A DNA stretch of 56,667 nt from Gemmatimonadota bacterium (GCA_031431925.1 JANPEL010000118.1:1-56667); one strand, 5' to 3'; counted from the first letter of the stretch, positions 9,118-19,665 are shown. Notes: a model not told the origin generated them from the letters alone. Numbers and translations: made by a program.

Positions 9118-10546
9118 CGGCGGGAACCCGTTGTTCTTCGTGGTACTCGTAGTCGGTGTTGACCGCCCAAAGATCATGCGCCGCGCCCTGCAGGTTCCAG
9201 ACGGCCATCATGGCGGTCAGCATCGAGTGGTCTTGATTGTTGTACTTATGCATGCCGTTCCGGCCAACCGTCTGGAGATTCTCGATCGGATCGAGGAAAC
9301 CGCGAATCGTCTCGACATGGTCGCGATAGGGGCCGTCGTAAATCGGGTAGGCTTTGGGCACCCGGACGACCGTGCCATCCCGGACCAGACTCGCTGAGGC
9401 CAGGCCGAGCTGTTCCAGTTCCCGCGACGCCAACCCGATCAACTCGGCGTCGTCGGCAGTCCAGAGCCCGTCGCCTTCGAAACAGAAATACTCGAAACCA
9501 AGGCAGGTCACTCCGGGGGCCGGAACCATAGCCCGGCTCCAATTGTTGAAATTTTGGATCCGGCCAACCTTCACGCCGGGCGTGTGCACGTAGATCCAGT
9601 TGTCGGGGAAGAGATCATCCCGATCGAGTATCAGGGCCACCACCAGAAAGTCGCGATAGCGAAGTCCGGTCGCGGCCGCGGACACCGCGACCGGGGCGGC
9701 GGGGTCGATGGCGCGGACCAACGACCGCAGATCGGTACTCGCAATGACGTGATCAGCCTCGAAACGCCGGAGGCCGTCGGGGGTTTCCGCCTCGACGCCA
9801 ACCACCCGGTTCCCGACCCGGGTGATCGAGGTGACCCGATGCCGGAGCCGTACCTGGTTACCCATCGCTTCGATTCGGTCGCGGCAAAGCTCCCACATTT
9901 GGCCGGGCCCGAGCCGGGGATAGCGGAACTCGTGGATCAGCGACTTGATGGCGGTGGACCGGCGGGTCAGGGTCGCCGCGTTGAGGATGGCCCGCTCCAG
10001 TGACAGTCCCTGGATCCGCTGGGCGGCCCATTCCGCCCGGATCTCCGTGCACGGAATGCCCCACACCTTCTCGGTGTAGGTCTTGAAAAAGATCTCATAC
10101 AACCGGCGGCCAAACCGGTTGGTGACCCATTGCTCGAAGTTATCTTCGACCGGTGATGGGTGGAGCCGAGCATTCAGGTAACTGAGGAGGATTCGAACCG
10201 CGTTGATCAGGCCAAGGCCCCGAAGCGCGTTGACGGCTTTGAGCGGATAGTCGAAGTACTTGCCCGCGTAGTGGATTCGCGAGAGGCGGGGCACCGTGAT
10301 GAACTGATCGCCGAGGACTTCCTCCCACATCTCGGACACCGGGCGAATCTTGGTGAAGAACCGATGCCCCCCGATGTCAAACCGAAAGCCCCGGTATTGG
10401 GCCGTTCGCGAAATCCCCCCGACGAGTTCGTCCGCCTCGAGCACCGTGACGGCATGGCCCTCCTTGGAGAGGAGGTAGGCGGCAGTCAGGCCGGCCGGTC
10501 CGCCGCCGATCACCACGACGTGCTCGCCGGATTGGAGCCGCGCCAC
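9110..10546 (-). CDS. FAD/NAD(P)-dependent oxidoreductase (UDP-galactopyranose mutase/HemY-like superfamily)
   Basis: GGGPAGLTAA dinucleotide motif, GGISRT, DIGGHRFFTK, YTEKVWG, DNWIY, GRNGMHKYNNQDHSM. Confidence 0.88.
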   Translation of the reverse strand: MARLQSGEHVVVIGGGPAGLTAAYLLSKEGHAVTVLEADELVGGISRTAQYRGFRFDIGGHRFFTKIRPVSEMWEEVLGDQFITVPRLSRIHYAGKYFDYPLKAVNALRGLGLINAVRILLSYLNARLHPSPVEDNFEQWVTNRFGRRLYEIFFKTYTEKVWGIPCTEIRAEWAAQRIQGLSLERAILNAATLTRRSTAIKSLIHEFRYPRLGPGQMWELCRDRIEAMGNQVRLRHRVTSITRVGNRVVGVEAETPDGLRRFEADHVIASTDLRSLVRAIDPAAPVAVSAAATGLRYRDFLVVALILDRDDLFPDNWIYVHTPGVKVGRIQNFNNWSRAMVPAPGVTCLGFEYFCFEGDGLWTADDAELIGLASRELEQLGLASASLVRDGTVVRVPKAYPIYDGPYRDHVETIRGFLDPIENLQTVGRNGMHKYNNQDHSMLTAMMAVWNLQGAAHDLWAVNTDYEYHEEQRVPADG

Positions 10547-10727
10547 CGGGCGCGGGTTCGGAAGGTCAGGGCTCAGGGGGTGTCCTAAGGGTTGGGCTTG
10601 GCGGACCGAATCAAACCTTCAAACCACCGTCCTACAAGCATACCGATACCGCGCCCCATCCGGGCACCCAGCACCGCATCCCGAATCCGCCTGGCTGCCG
10701 GGCCCTCGAGGGGGCAGATTTCTCCCA

Positions 10728-11780
10728 ATGAACTTCCCGAGATCTGAACCGGTTGCCGTGGGCCTCGTGGGCTGTGGCTGGATTGCCGAGATCGCTCATC
10801 TGCCGACCCTGCTCGGCTCGAGGACCGGCCGTCTGGTGGCGGCCGCTGATGCCAACCAAGCGCGGCGGACCTGGCTCGGGGCCCGCGCCCCCACCGCCCG
10901 ACTATATCCCCACTGGGAAGCGCTGCTCGAGGATCGGGGAGTCGATGCGGTGGTCATTGCCCTTCCCACCGCTCTCCATGCGGAGGTGGCGTGTCAGGCA
11001 TTTGCCGCCGGAAAGCATGTCTTTCTCGAGAAGCCGATTGCGCTGACACTGGATGAGGGCCGCCGCGTCAGGTCGGCATGGCGCCAGGCCGGTACCGCGG
11101 GGGCGATCGGTTACAACTTCCGGCGCAACCCCATCGTCGAGTCGGCGCGCCAAACGTTGGCATCGGACGAGCTCGGCTCTCTGGTGGCGATTCAAGGGAG
11201 CTTCCACTGGGCGGCAGAGCGAATCGATGGCTGGCGCTCCCAACCGGGCATGGGAGGCGGTGCCCTGCATGACCTCGTAAGCCATCACGTGGACCTCGTC
11301 AGGGCCCTTTCCGGGCGGAGCATCGTCCAGGTCCAGTGCACGCTCCGCTCGGTCCGATCCCCGGATGATACCGCCGCGCTCCAATTGGTCACGGACGACG
11401 GCCTGACCGCGCAGCTCCAAGGATCCTCGGCCGCCGGCGCCCCGGTGAACCGTCTGGACTTGGTTGGGACCAAAGGCGTGCTGAGGGTGGACCTGCTCGA
11501 CGGACGGCCCCGTCCAGTTGAACGGGTTCCGGGACGGGGCGCCCGGCTGCTGCGGGCAGGCCGAGCTTTGGCGGAGTTTCATCCCGATCGGCTGCTGCGA
11601 TCGCCCGGATTCGAGCCGTCCTTTCGGGCCACGATCGAAGCCTTCCTCGAGGCCGTGCAACGCGGAGTGCCACCCCGTCCCGATCTTTCCGACGGACTTC
11701 GAGCGCTCGAGGTGATCGAAGCCGCCGAGGCGTCGGCGCGGTCGGGTGGCCGGCCGGTGCCGGTTGCGGCGGACGAGTAA
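10728..11780 (+). CDS. Gfo/Idh/MocA family oxidoreductase
   Basis: GLVGCGWIA, VDAVVIALP, GKHVFLEKP, GYNFR, GGGALHDLVSHHVD. Confidence 0.9.
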   Translation: MNFPRSEPVAVGLVGCGWIAEIAHLPTLLGSRTGRLVAAADANQARRTWLGARAPTARLYPHWEALLEDRGVDAVVIALPTALHAEVACQAFAAGKHVFLEKPIALTLDEGRRVRSAWRQAGTAGAIGYNFRRNPIVESARQTLASDELGSLVAIQGSFHWAAERIDGWRSQPGMGGGALHDLVSHHVDLVRALSGRSIVQVQCTLRSVRSPDDTAALQLVTDDGLTAQLQGSSAAGAPVNRLDLVGTKGVLRVDLLDGRPRPVERVPGRGARLLRAGRALAEFHPDRLLRSPGFEPSFRATIEAFLEAVQRGVPPRPDLSDGLRALEVIEAAEASARSGGRPVPVAADE

Positions 11781-11787
11781 CGAACCA

Positions 11788-13248
11788 GTGGCCACCTCGA
11801 CTTCCCGGCCCGGCATCGCCCGAGCGACCGTTTTCGGATTCGTCGCCGAAGCCATGGTGTTTCCGGCGGGCCTCGTGACGGCGGGATTCCTGACTCGGAA
11901 TCTCGGGGTTTCCCAATACGGGCAGTTGTCCCTGGTCTATGCCGTCGTCTCGCCCGTTGTCTGGCTCGCCTCCGCCACGTTTTCGGGGCGGATGGCGGTG
12001 GCGCTCCTCTCTGATGCCCGTGATTGGCGTCCGATGGCGGCGGCGCTGCTCCGGGCCAGCGCCCTGCTCGGCCTCGGTGCGATGCTCGGGTTCGACGCGT
12101 TGGTGCCCAGGTTGGCAACCGGCCTTGGCATTCCGGACTTGGCGCCAGTGCTTTGGCTCGCGGCTCTCGAAATCGTGGTGGCGCCCATCACCCGAATCCA
12201 TCGGGATGCCCTGATCGCCTGCGGTGACTATTCATGGCCGGCGCTCGCGACCCTGGCCTTCCACCTGACCCGATTGGCGCTCGTGCTGGCGCTCGTCGCC
12301 GCGGGATGGACGCTGGTCGGCGTCATCCTGGCCAACCTCGGAGCCAGGGTCGTCGAACTCATCGCGTGCCGGGCCCGGCTTCCAGTACCGGTACGCGGCG
12401 CGGCCCGGGGATGGCTCCACCCGCTTCGGGCTCAGGTCGGCAGCTTCTTCCTGTACGGCCTCTGCCTCCAACTCTTCGCCCGGCTCGATCTGCTGATGCT
12501 GGGTTTATTGGGGGCGCCGAAAGACGACCTTGGCCACTACGGAGCGGCCCAGAACCTCGCGCTCGGGCCGGCGCTCCTCGCCATGGTATTCAGTCCCCTC
12601 ATCATCGCGGCGCTCCGTCGGGCGGAGTTGGCCCGGGCCCCCGAGGAAGCGGCGGCTCTTAAGAACGGATCGCTGCGGATCGCGGTGGCGATCTGGGCTC
12701 TGGCCGGCCCGGTCGCCGGCGGCGCATCGCGGCTGACGGTACTCCTGTTTGGCCAGGAGTTCGTCTCCTCCGGAGCGATTCTGGGTTGGCTCGGTGTCGG
12801 AGCTGGCGGCGGACTGGTGCTGTCGGTGCTGTCCGCGCACCAAATTGCCGGCGGGCGTTTTACCCGACCGCTCGGCGCCACGATTCCGATGCTGGTCGTT
12901 GCTGCCGCGCTGCACGCGGTGTTGATTCCGCGGTTTGGGGCCCTGGGCGCTGCGTGGGCCACCGCCGCCGCCGCGATTCTCGCCGCCATCATCGCCCAGG
13001 GTCTGGACGGACCGGGCGTTCTGCCGGCCCGAACCCTCGATATGGCTCGAATGGTGGGCGCCGGAACCGTCGGCTATTTTGGTGCCCATGGTGCGGCCTG
13101 GGCGGGAATTCCGTCACCTGTCGACATCTTACTGGGAGCGTTCGCTACCGGCATCTGCCTGGTGGTGTTCCGGCTGGCCTCGGTACGAGACCTTCGCCAG
13201 CTGGTCGCCCAGTTTATGAGTTCGACTCAAAACTCGAAGGCGACATGA
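11788..13248 (+). CDS. Wzx-like oligosaccharide flippase / polysaccharide biosynthesis membrane protein
   Basis: About 12-14 hydrophobic segments, LTRNLGVSQYG, RLDLLML..LGHYGAA, LLFGQEF, LIPRFGALGAAWAT. Confidence 0.8.
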   Translation: MATSTSRPGIARATVFGFVAEAMVFPAGLVTAGFLTRNLGVSQYGQLSLVYAVVSPVVWLASATFSGRMAVALLSDARDWRPMAAALLRASALLGLGAMLGFDALVPRLATGLGIPDLAPVLWLAALEIVVAPITRIHRDALIACGDYSWPALATLAFHLTRLALVLALVAAGWTLVGVILANLGARVVELIACRARLPVPVRGAARGWLHPLRAQVGSFFLYGLCLQLFARLDLLMLGLLGAPKDDLGHYGAAQNLALGPALLAMVFSPLIIAALRRAELARAPEEAAALKNGSLRIAVAIWALAGPVAGGASRLTVLLFGQEFVSSGAILGWLGVGAGGGLVLSVLSAHQIAGGRFTRPLGATIPMLVVAAALHAVLIPRFGALGAAWATAAAAILAAIIAQGLDGPGVLPARTLDMARMVGAGTVGYFGAHGAAWAGIPSPVDILLGAFATGICLVVFRLASVRDLRQLVAQFMSSTQNSKAT

Positions 13249-14291
13249 TGCCGTCCAAACCCGAGCCGGCCCCGACTGGGGTGGCGGTTATCCGCGAACC
13301 TCGCCTGACCATCGTGGTGGCGTCTCGGACCGGGCTCGCGGAATCCCGCCCGATCCTGGAATGGCTGCAGGGGCAGACGATCGCGGCAGCCCTGGAAGTG
13401 ATCGTGGTCGCCCCGCACGGGTTGGTGTCGAAGGAGGCGATCGGTGAGTTCGATAAATTCGAGTCGCTCCGGTTGGTCGAACTCGAGCGGATCGACCAAC
13501 GGGGGGTGGCCGCCGCCCACGGATTGCTGCGGGCGCGGGCCCCCTTCGCGGGGCTCTGCGAAAACCACGCCTTTCCCGCCGCGGGTACCTTGGAAAAGTT
13601 GATCTCCGACCGTGATCCCCGCGATGCCGCGGTGGCGCCGGCCCTCCGGACCGCCAACCCGGAGACCCGCCGAAGCCTCGCCATGTACCTGGCGGCCTAT
13701 GGGCATGCGGCGGTTCCCGCCGATCCCGCACCCCGCACGTCGCTCCCGTATCACAATGGGGTCTTCCGGACTGAGGTGCTCCGCGAACTGGGCGACCGGT
13801 TGCCGGACCTCATGCGTGACGAAGCCCTGCTGCACGCCGAGTTGTTACGGCTGGGGTGGCAACTCCGGATCCGTCCCGACGCGGTCACCTGGCATGTCAA
13901 CGAATCTCGGTGGTCCAGGGTCGTGACCGACTCTTTCATTCTCGGAACCAAGTTCGGGGTCTCGCGCGGCAGAGCCTCGACGACGTTGCAACGGGTCGGG
14001 TACGCTCTGGCGGTGCCGGCAATCCTGGTGCTGCGTTTGCGGAGCTTGGTGCGAATGGCCCGGCGATCCGAGGACACCAGGACCCGGGTGGGCTGGCTCC
14101 TTCCGATGCTGGTGCTGAATGCGACGTTCGGAGCGTTAGGCGAAGCCTGGGGAGGCCTCCGGATCAACACCCCGGTGCCCCCTGACTGGGAGTTGCACGA
14201 GTTCCACATGCGAGGCCGCCTTGCCGGAGTGCCGCCGGCCTCCCCGTGGCTTCGGGATATCGTGGCCCGGATGCCGGCGGATCTGGCGTGA
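13245..14291 (+). CDS. GT2-like glycosyltransferase, divergent
   Basis: LTIVVA..LEVIVV N-terminus, ENH in place of DxD, located in the glycosylation operon, ATGA overlap. Confidence 0.6.
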   Translation: MMPSKPEPAPTGVAVIREPRLTIVVASRTGLAESRPILEWLQGQTIAAALEVIVVAPHGLVSKEAIGEFDKFESLRLVELERIDQRGVAAAHGLLRARAPFAGLCENHAFPAAGTLEKLISDRDPRDAAVAPALRTANPETRRSLAMYLAAYGHAAVPADPAPRTSLPYHNGVFRTEVLRELGDRLPDLMRDEALLHAELLRLGWQLRIRPDAVTWHVNESRWSRVVTDSFILGTKFGVSRGRASTTLQRVGYALAVPAILVLRLRSLVRMARRSEDTRTRVGWLLPMLVLNATFGALGEAWGGLRINTPVPPDWELHEFHMRGRLAGVPPASPWLRDIVARMPADLA

Positions 14292-15289
14292 CCGTTTGGG
14301 CGGTGGCGGGAGCCACTGGCCTCATCGGCCGTCATCTCTGCCGCGCCCTCTTGGACCAAGGCGACCGAGTCGTGGCCCTGATCCCTCCCGATCGGGGCAG
14401 TCCCCCGCTCCTCGACGACCGGGCGGAGATCCGCACGGTGGAGTTTACCGACTCCCCCGCCCTGGAGCGGGCACTCACCGGAATCGACGTCTGTCTGGAC
14501 CTGGTAGCGCCGAGACGAGCCGGTCACCTCCGAAGCGAAAACCCGACTTCAAAGAGGCCGCGGTCCGGTGGCTGGACCGTGATCCCCGGTGTGGTCACGG
14601 CACTGCTCACGGCCGGATCCCGAGCCGGTCTCCGGCGGTTGGTCCTGGCCAGTTCATCGGCGGTCTTCGGGCACCGCTGGGCGCCGGTTGGCAACCAGAC
14701 TCGCCCGGCGCCGGACACACCCTACGGGAGAGCCCGACTGATCGCTGAAGAACAGGCCCTCACCCTGGGCTCCCGTCTCGGCATCCAAATCGTCGTGGCG
14801 CGCCTGACCGAGACGTTCGGCCAGGGGAGCCGCCCTCACGCCCCGTTGTTTCAGGCGATTGCTCAAGGGAAATTTCGGGTCGTCGGGGACGGCCGGCACC
14901 CGCACCAACTCACCTGCGTCGACGACGCGGTCCGAGCGCTGGTCGCGTGCGGGCGGGTGCCGGAGGCCGCCGATCAAGCGGTGGTGATCTCAGGCCCGGA
15001 GGTCGAGCTTCGGACTTGGATTGAGGCGATCGCCACGGCCGCGGGAACCTCGGTCCGGTTCCTGGATGCCTTGGGCCCTCCGGGGCGTCTCTTCCTTCGC
15101 ACGACGGGCTGGCTGCCCGCTTGGGCGGCCGGAGGGGTTCGTCGACAATCGTGGGACTACATGCTCCGCCCCCGGGCCTACGACATTTCGTCGTCCGTGG
15201 ATCTGCTCGGTCCGTACCATGGTTCCGACCTTCACGAGGTCGTCCGTAACGCAATGACCTCGTACCGCCTGCATGACCTCCGGCCCTGA
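14288..15289 (+). CDS. NAD-dependent epimerase/dehydratase (extended SDR), divergent
   Basis: GATGLIG, RLVLASSSAVFG, YGRAR (YxxxK with Lys replaced by Arg), VDDAVRA. Confidence 0.8.
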   Translation: MTVWAVAGATGLIGRHLCRALLDQGDRVVALIPPDRGSPPLLDDRAEIRTVEFTDSPALERALTGIDVCLDLVAPRRAGHLRSENPTSKRPRSGGWTVIPGVVTALLTAGSRAGLRRLVLASSSAVFGHRWAPVGNQTRPAPDTPYGRARLIAEEQALTLGSRLGIQIVVARLTETFGQGSRPHAPLFQAIAQGKFRVVGDGRHPHQLTCVDDAVRALVACGRVPEAADQAVVISGPEVELRTWIEAIATAAGTSVRFLDALGPPGRLFLRTTGWLPAWAAGGVRRQSWDYMLRPRAYDISSSVDLLGPYHGSDLHEVVRNAMTSYRLHDLRP

Positions 15290-16226
15290 ACCCCTGGGCG
15301 GCATCGGCCGGTCGACGCCGTTGCCCACCGCCTCGGTCGTGGTCCCCACGTTCCGTCGGCCAGGCCCTCTCCGGCGGTGCATCCAAGCGCTGGCCCAACT
15401 CGACTACCCGCGAGAGCGGCTCGAGGTCGTCATCGTTGATGATGGCGGCCAGGACCTATCCGAAGCCGAGCTCACTGCCCTGGCGCCCGACCTTGCCCTC
15501 CGGCTCGTGACCCAGGTTCACAACGGCGGCCCCGCGAAGGCCCGGAACCTCGGCGCCCGGGCTGCGTCGGGCGAACTTCTGGCCCTTACCGATGACGATT
15601 GCCGCCCCCGATCGTCGTGGCTTCGGGACTTGGCAGGAGCCGTGGCGGAGCAACCAACGGTTTTAGTCGGGGGCCAGGTCGACAATGCGCTCGAGCAGAA
15701 TCTCTTCGCGGAGGCCAGCCAGGATCTGGTGAGTTACCTCTACGAGTACTTCCCCAAGGGGCGGGCACTGCTGCCGTTTCTCACGTCGAACAACATGGCC
15801 GGCCGCCGCGAGGAGTTCCTCCGAATCGGTGGATTCGATGAGACTTTCCCCTTCAGCGCGGCCGAAGACCGAGACCTGTCCGAGCGCTGGGCTCGCGACA
15901 TCGGCCCGCTCCGGCATCTCCGAGGAGCCGTGGTCGATCACCACCACGAGCTCACCTTCCGCCGTTTCGTCCGCCAACATCACTACTACGGGATTGGGGC
16001 GGTCCAACTCGCTCGCCGCCGCCGACGGCGGGGGCAGGGACGGCCCCGGCCTGAACCGATCAGCTTTTATGCCGGGATGTTGGCCTACCCGATCCGGCAC
16101 CACGGTTGGCGCCGCGGGGTTCCGATCGCGGCGCTGGTGGCGCTATCGCAGGTCGCGAGCCTGAGCGGGATGCTCGCCGAGGCCGTCCATCTCTTGCCGC
16201 GGCGCCCCACCTCCCCACCGCATTAG
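15273..16226 (+). CDS. GT2 family glycosyltransferase
   Basis: SVVVPTF, VVIVDDGG, GPAKARNLG, LTDDDC, GGFDETF..AAEDRDL. Confidence 0.9.
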   Translation: MTSGPEPLGGIGRSTPLPTASVVVPTFRRPGPLRRCIQALAQLDYPRERLEVVIVDDGGQDLSEAELTALAPDLALRLVTQVHNGGPAKARNLGARAASGELLALTDDDCRPRSSWLRDLAGAVAEQPTVLVGGQVDNALEQNLFAEASQDLVSYLYEYFPKGRALLPFLTSNNMAGRREEFLRIGGFDETFPFSAAEDRDLSERWARDIGPLRHLRGAVVDHHHELTFRRFVRQHHYYGIGAVQLARRRRRRGQGRPRPEPISFYAGMLAYPIRHHGWRRGVPIAALVALSQVASLSGMLAEAVHLLPRRPTSPPH

Positions 16227-16255
16227 GTTTGGCAAACTACGAAAACGGCTTCTTC

Positions 16256-17704
16256 GTGACCACCGCTCCAGGGCTCACCAAGACCCTGACCCCTCTCCAG
16301 CTCTTCCTGGTCGCGTTCGGTGCCGCCATCGGCGTCGGCTGGATCATCGTCGTCGGCGAATGGCTCGGACTCGCCGGACCGCTCGGCACCGTAATCGGAT
16401 TCCTGGCGGGTGCCGCGATCATCAGCTTGGTCTGTCTCTGCTACGGCGAACTGTCGGCCCTGTTTCCGGTGGCCGGTGGCGAAATCGTCTACTGCCACGA
16501 GATCTACGGCCCGCGCACCGGTTTCCTGATCGGCTGGTTTCTGGCGGCGGGCTATCTCGCGGTCACCACGTTCGAGACGATCTCGATCGGGTGGGTCGCG
16601 GGCGCGCTGGTGCCCGGGCTCGAGGGGCCAACCATCGCGACGATCAACGGCTCCCCGCTCCGCCTCGGGAGCGCCCTGATGGGCATCATCGGCACTGGGC
16701 TCCTGGTCTGGGTCAACTATCGAGGGGTCCGCTATGCCGCCATCCTCCAAGATTGGATGACCTGGGGACTCGTCGTGGCCTCATTGGGGTTCATCGCGGC
16801 GGGGATGGTCCGCGGTGACACCGCGAACTTGAGCCCGCTGTTTCAGATCAGCGCCGGCGGGTCGATTCTCCCCGGCATCGTGGCCGTGTTCCTCGCGACG
16901 CCGAACTGGTTAGGCGGATTCGCCTTCATCCCGCAATTGATGGAGGAACAGGCGCCCGGGAGCCCGCCGAGCCGCGCGGTCCTGGCAATGGTGATGCAAG
17001 TGATCCTCGCCGCCGTCTTCTATTCGCTCGTCACCATCGCGGCGGCCATGGCGGTGCCGTGGACCACCCTGATCGGCAAACCGCTCCCGGTGGCGGAAGC
17101 ATTCCGGGTGGCGTTTGGATCGGACCTCGCGGCCAAACTGGTGCTGTTCACCGGTCTACTCGGTCTCCTCACCACTTGGAATGCGGTGTTGCTCGCGGGC
17201 AGCCGAGTCCTCTTTGCCCTCGGCCGGGCCCGGATGATCCATGCCCGGTTCGGCACCGTCGATCCGGTCACCGGAACCCCGACCTTCGCGCTGGTCTTTG
17301 CCGGGCTGGTCAGCATCGCCGGACTGGCGCTCGGCCGCCGGGCGTTGCTTCCGTTGCTGACCGTCACCGCCATTTCCCAGGCCGCGGCCTTCGTCCTGGT
17401 GTCGATCGGCGTCGTGAAACTCCGGCGAACCCATCCGGAACTCCAGCGGCCGTACCGGGTGCCGGGCGGGGTGCCGGTGGCATTGCTCGCCGCCGCGGGC
17501 GCCAGCGTCGCGCTCTACCTCGCGATCGCGGAACCCTATCGGACTCGGACCGCCGCGGGGATTCCGCTCGAATGGTGGCTCCTGATCGGGTGGGGCGTGG
17601 TGGGATTTACCTTCTGGACCGCCTCGAGCCGGCATCGCCAGGGCTTGAGCGACGACGAACGCCGCCGGCTGTTGCTCGGCGGCTCACCAAAGGACTCTCG
17701 ATGA
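16256..17704 (+). CDS. APC family amino acid permease
   Basis: FGAAIGVGW, YGELSALFPVAGG, SRVLFALGR, LRRTHPELQRPYRVPG and about 12 TM helices. The start codon is uncertain. Confidence 0.88.
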   Translation: MTTAPGLTKTLTPLQLFLVAFGAAIGVGWIIVVGEWLGLAGPLGTVIGFLAGAAIISLVCLCYGELSALFPVAGGEIVYCHEIYGPRTGFLIGWFLAAGYLAVTTFETISIGWVAGALVPGLEGPTIATINGSPLRLGSALMGIIGTGLLVWVNYRGVRYAAILQDWMTWGLVVASLGFIAAGMVRGDTANLSPLFQISAGGSILPGIVAVFLATPNWLGGFAFIPQLMEEQAPGSPPSRAVLAMVMQVILAAVFYSLVTIAAAMAVPWTTLIGKPLPVAEAFRVAFGSDLAAKLVLFTGLLGLLTTWNAVLLAGSRVLFALGRARMIHARFGTVDPVTGTPTFALVFAGLVSIAGLALGRRALLPLLTVTAISQAAAFVLVSIGVVKLRRTHPELQRPYRVPGGVPVALLAAAGASVALYLAIAEPYRTRTAAGIPLEWWLLIGWGVVGFTFWTASSRHRQGLSDDERRRLLLGGSPKDSR

Positions 17705-19665
17705 TCAGGATGACCCGGCCGTTCCTCGCTTTCACTCTCGGCTTCAGCGTGGCCGCCGGGGCCCAGTCCCGGCGCGTCGAATTGAACGACCTTGGCCGAG
17801 AGGTGACGCTCTCGAATCCGCGGCTCTCGCCGGACGGCCGGGGTCTGGTCGTCATCGTCAGCCGCGCGAATTACGCCGACAACCGGTTCGAGCGCTCGCT
17901 CTACGCGGTTGATCTCGCCACCGGCGCCACCCGGGAGCTGACGCCAGGCCGCCGCAATGTCGGGGCGATCGAATGGTCGCCGACCGGCGACCGGCTGGCC
18001 TTCCTCGATCGAGACGCCGAGAAGCCGCCGCAACTTTTCGTCCTCCCACTCGAAGGCGGCGAGGCCCGCCGCATCACCGACGCCAAACGGGGCGTCATCC
18101 AATTTGCCTGGCGGCCCGACGGCCGGAGCTTCGCCTTCCTGACCGAGGACGAGCCGATCGAGCGGACCGGCGAGGAGCGCCACAACAAATCGTTCGAAGT
18201 GGGCAACAACACCTATCTCGACCAAGCCGCCTCGCTCTCGGCGCACCTCTGGACTGTTTCCGCGACTGGGGGTGAGAGCCAACGGATCACGTCCGGGGTC
18301 CGTCACGTCGTTGGGGTGAGCTGGACCCCGAATGGGCGCCAGGTGCTCTTGACCGTCTGGCCGAAGCCGCACTCGGGCGAGCTGATCAACGCCACCGTTG
18401 TCGTCCGAGACATCGAGACCGGCACTGAGTACAACCTGTCGGATGAGCGCGGTTTCGGCGGCGGGGCGGCCGTGTCGCCCGACGGAAGCCAGGTGGCCTT
18501 GATCGGCGCCCGGGGCAAGGAGCTGGGGTTCCACCCCGGCGCGGTGTTCGTCGGGCCGATCGGCGGTGGCGCCCGACGGACCGTCACGCCGAGCCTCGAC
18601 CGCGACCTGAACGGCTTCCGGTGGCTCGCCGACGGCCGGGGTCTCGTCGTCCTCGGCGCCGACCTGACCCGGTTCCGGGCCTGGGTCCAACCGTTAGGCG
18701 GCACTCCACGCCGGCTCGACTGGGGCAACGTCGACCCGGCCGACCTCCATCTCAGTCCGGGCGGCGCCCTGGTCTTCGTCGGCCGGGATCTGGGCCGTCC
18801 GGGTGAGCTCTACTATGCCGCGTCGATTGACGTCGCCCCCCGGCGGCTGACCGATTTCAACGGCGAACTCGCCGGCCGGGAGACGGGCCGAGTCGAAACG
18901 ATTACCTGGCAAGGCCCCGATGGATTCACTGAGAACGGGGTCGTCACCTATCCCCCGGGATACACGGCGGGCCGGAAATACCCGCTCGTGCTCGTCATTC
19001 ATGGCGGCCCGATGGGCACCTCGGCCGAGCGATGGTCTACCGAGAACCAACTGTTCGCCGCGCAAGGCTGGATCGTCTTCAATCCGAACTACCGCGGCAG
19101 CAACAACATGGGTGACAAGTTCCAGAGCGCCGTTATCAACGACGCCGGCGACGGCCCCGGCCGCGACGTGATGTCCGGCATCGCCGCGCTGAAAGCGCGG
19201 GGCGCCATTGATGAATCGAAGATGGCGGTCTCGGGCTGGTCGTACGGCGGCTATATGACCGCCTGGCTCACGGCCCACTACCAGGGCTGGAAGGCAGCGG
19301 TGGCGGGGGCGGCGGTCACCGACTGGTTCGATTGGTACAACCTGGCCGACATGAACACCTGGGCTGGCTTTGGCCTGGGCGGCTCGCCGTGGCTCAACAA
19401 CAACGCCATGAATTACTGGCGCCAGTCACCGATGGCCTATGCTCATCAGATCAAGACTCCGACCCTGATCTTGTCGACCACCGGCGATCCCCGGGTTACC
19501 GTGACCCAATCGTACAAGCTCTATCACGCGCTCAAGGACAACGGGACGTCGGTTCAGTTTATCGCCTATCCGACCGGCGGCCATTTCCCGCCCGACCCGG
19601 TTCATCAGCGCGACATTCGCCGCCGGTGGATCGAGTGGATCAGCCGGCGTTTCGATGACCGCTGA
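17701..19665 (+). CDS. S9 family (prolyl oligopeptidase/acylaminoacyl) peptidase, secreted
   Basis: Signal peptide, beta-propeller repeats (SPDG, WSP), YPLVLVIHGGP, GWSYGG nucleophile, DPRV Asp, GH His. Confidence 0.92.
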   Translation: MIRMTRPFLAFTLGFSVAAGAQSRRVELNDLGREVTLSNPRLSPDGRGLVVIVSRANYADNRFERSLYAVDLATGATRELTPGRRNVGAIEWSPTGDRLAFLDRDAEKPPQLFVLPLEGGEARRITDAKRGVIQFAWRPDGRSFAFLTEDEPIERTGEERHNKSFEVGNNTYLDQAASLSAHLWTVSATGGESQRITSGVRHVVGVSWTPNGRQVLLTVWPKPHSGELINATVVVRDIETGTEYNLSDERGFGGGAAVSPDGSQVALIGARGKELGFHPGAVFVGPIGGGARRTVTPSLDRDLNGFRWLADGRGLVVLGADLTRFRAWVQPLGGTPRRLDWGNVDPADLHLSPGGALVFVGRDLGRPGELYYAASIDVAPRRLTDFNGELAGRETGRVETITWQGPDGFTENGVVTYPPGYTAGRKYPLVLVIHGGPMGTSAERWSTENQLFAAQGWIVFNPNYRGSNNMGDKFQSAVINDAGDGPGRDVMSGIAALKARGAIDESKMAVSGWSYGGYMTAWLTAHYQGWKAAVAGAAVTDWFDWYNLADMNTWAGFGLGGSPWLNNNAMNYWRQSPMAYAHQIKTPTLILSTTGDPRVTVTQSYKLYHALKDNGTSVQFIAYPTGGHFPPDPVHQRDIRRRWIEWISRRFDDR

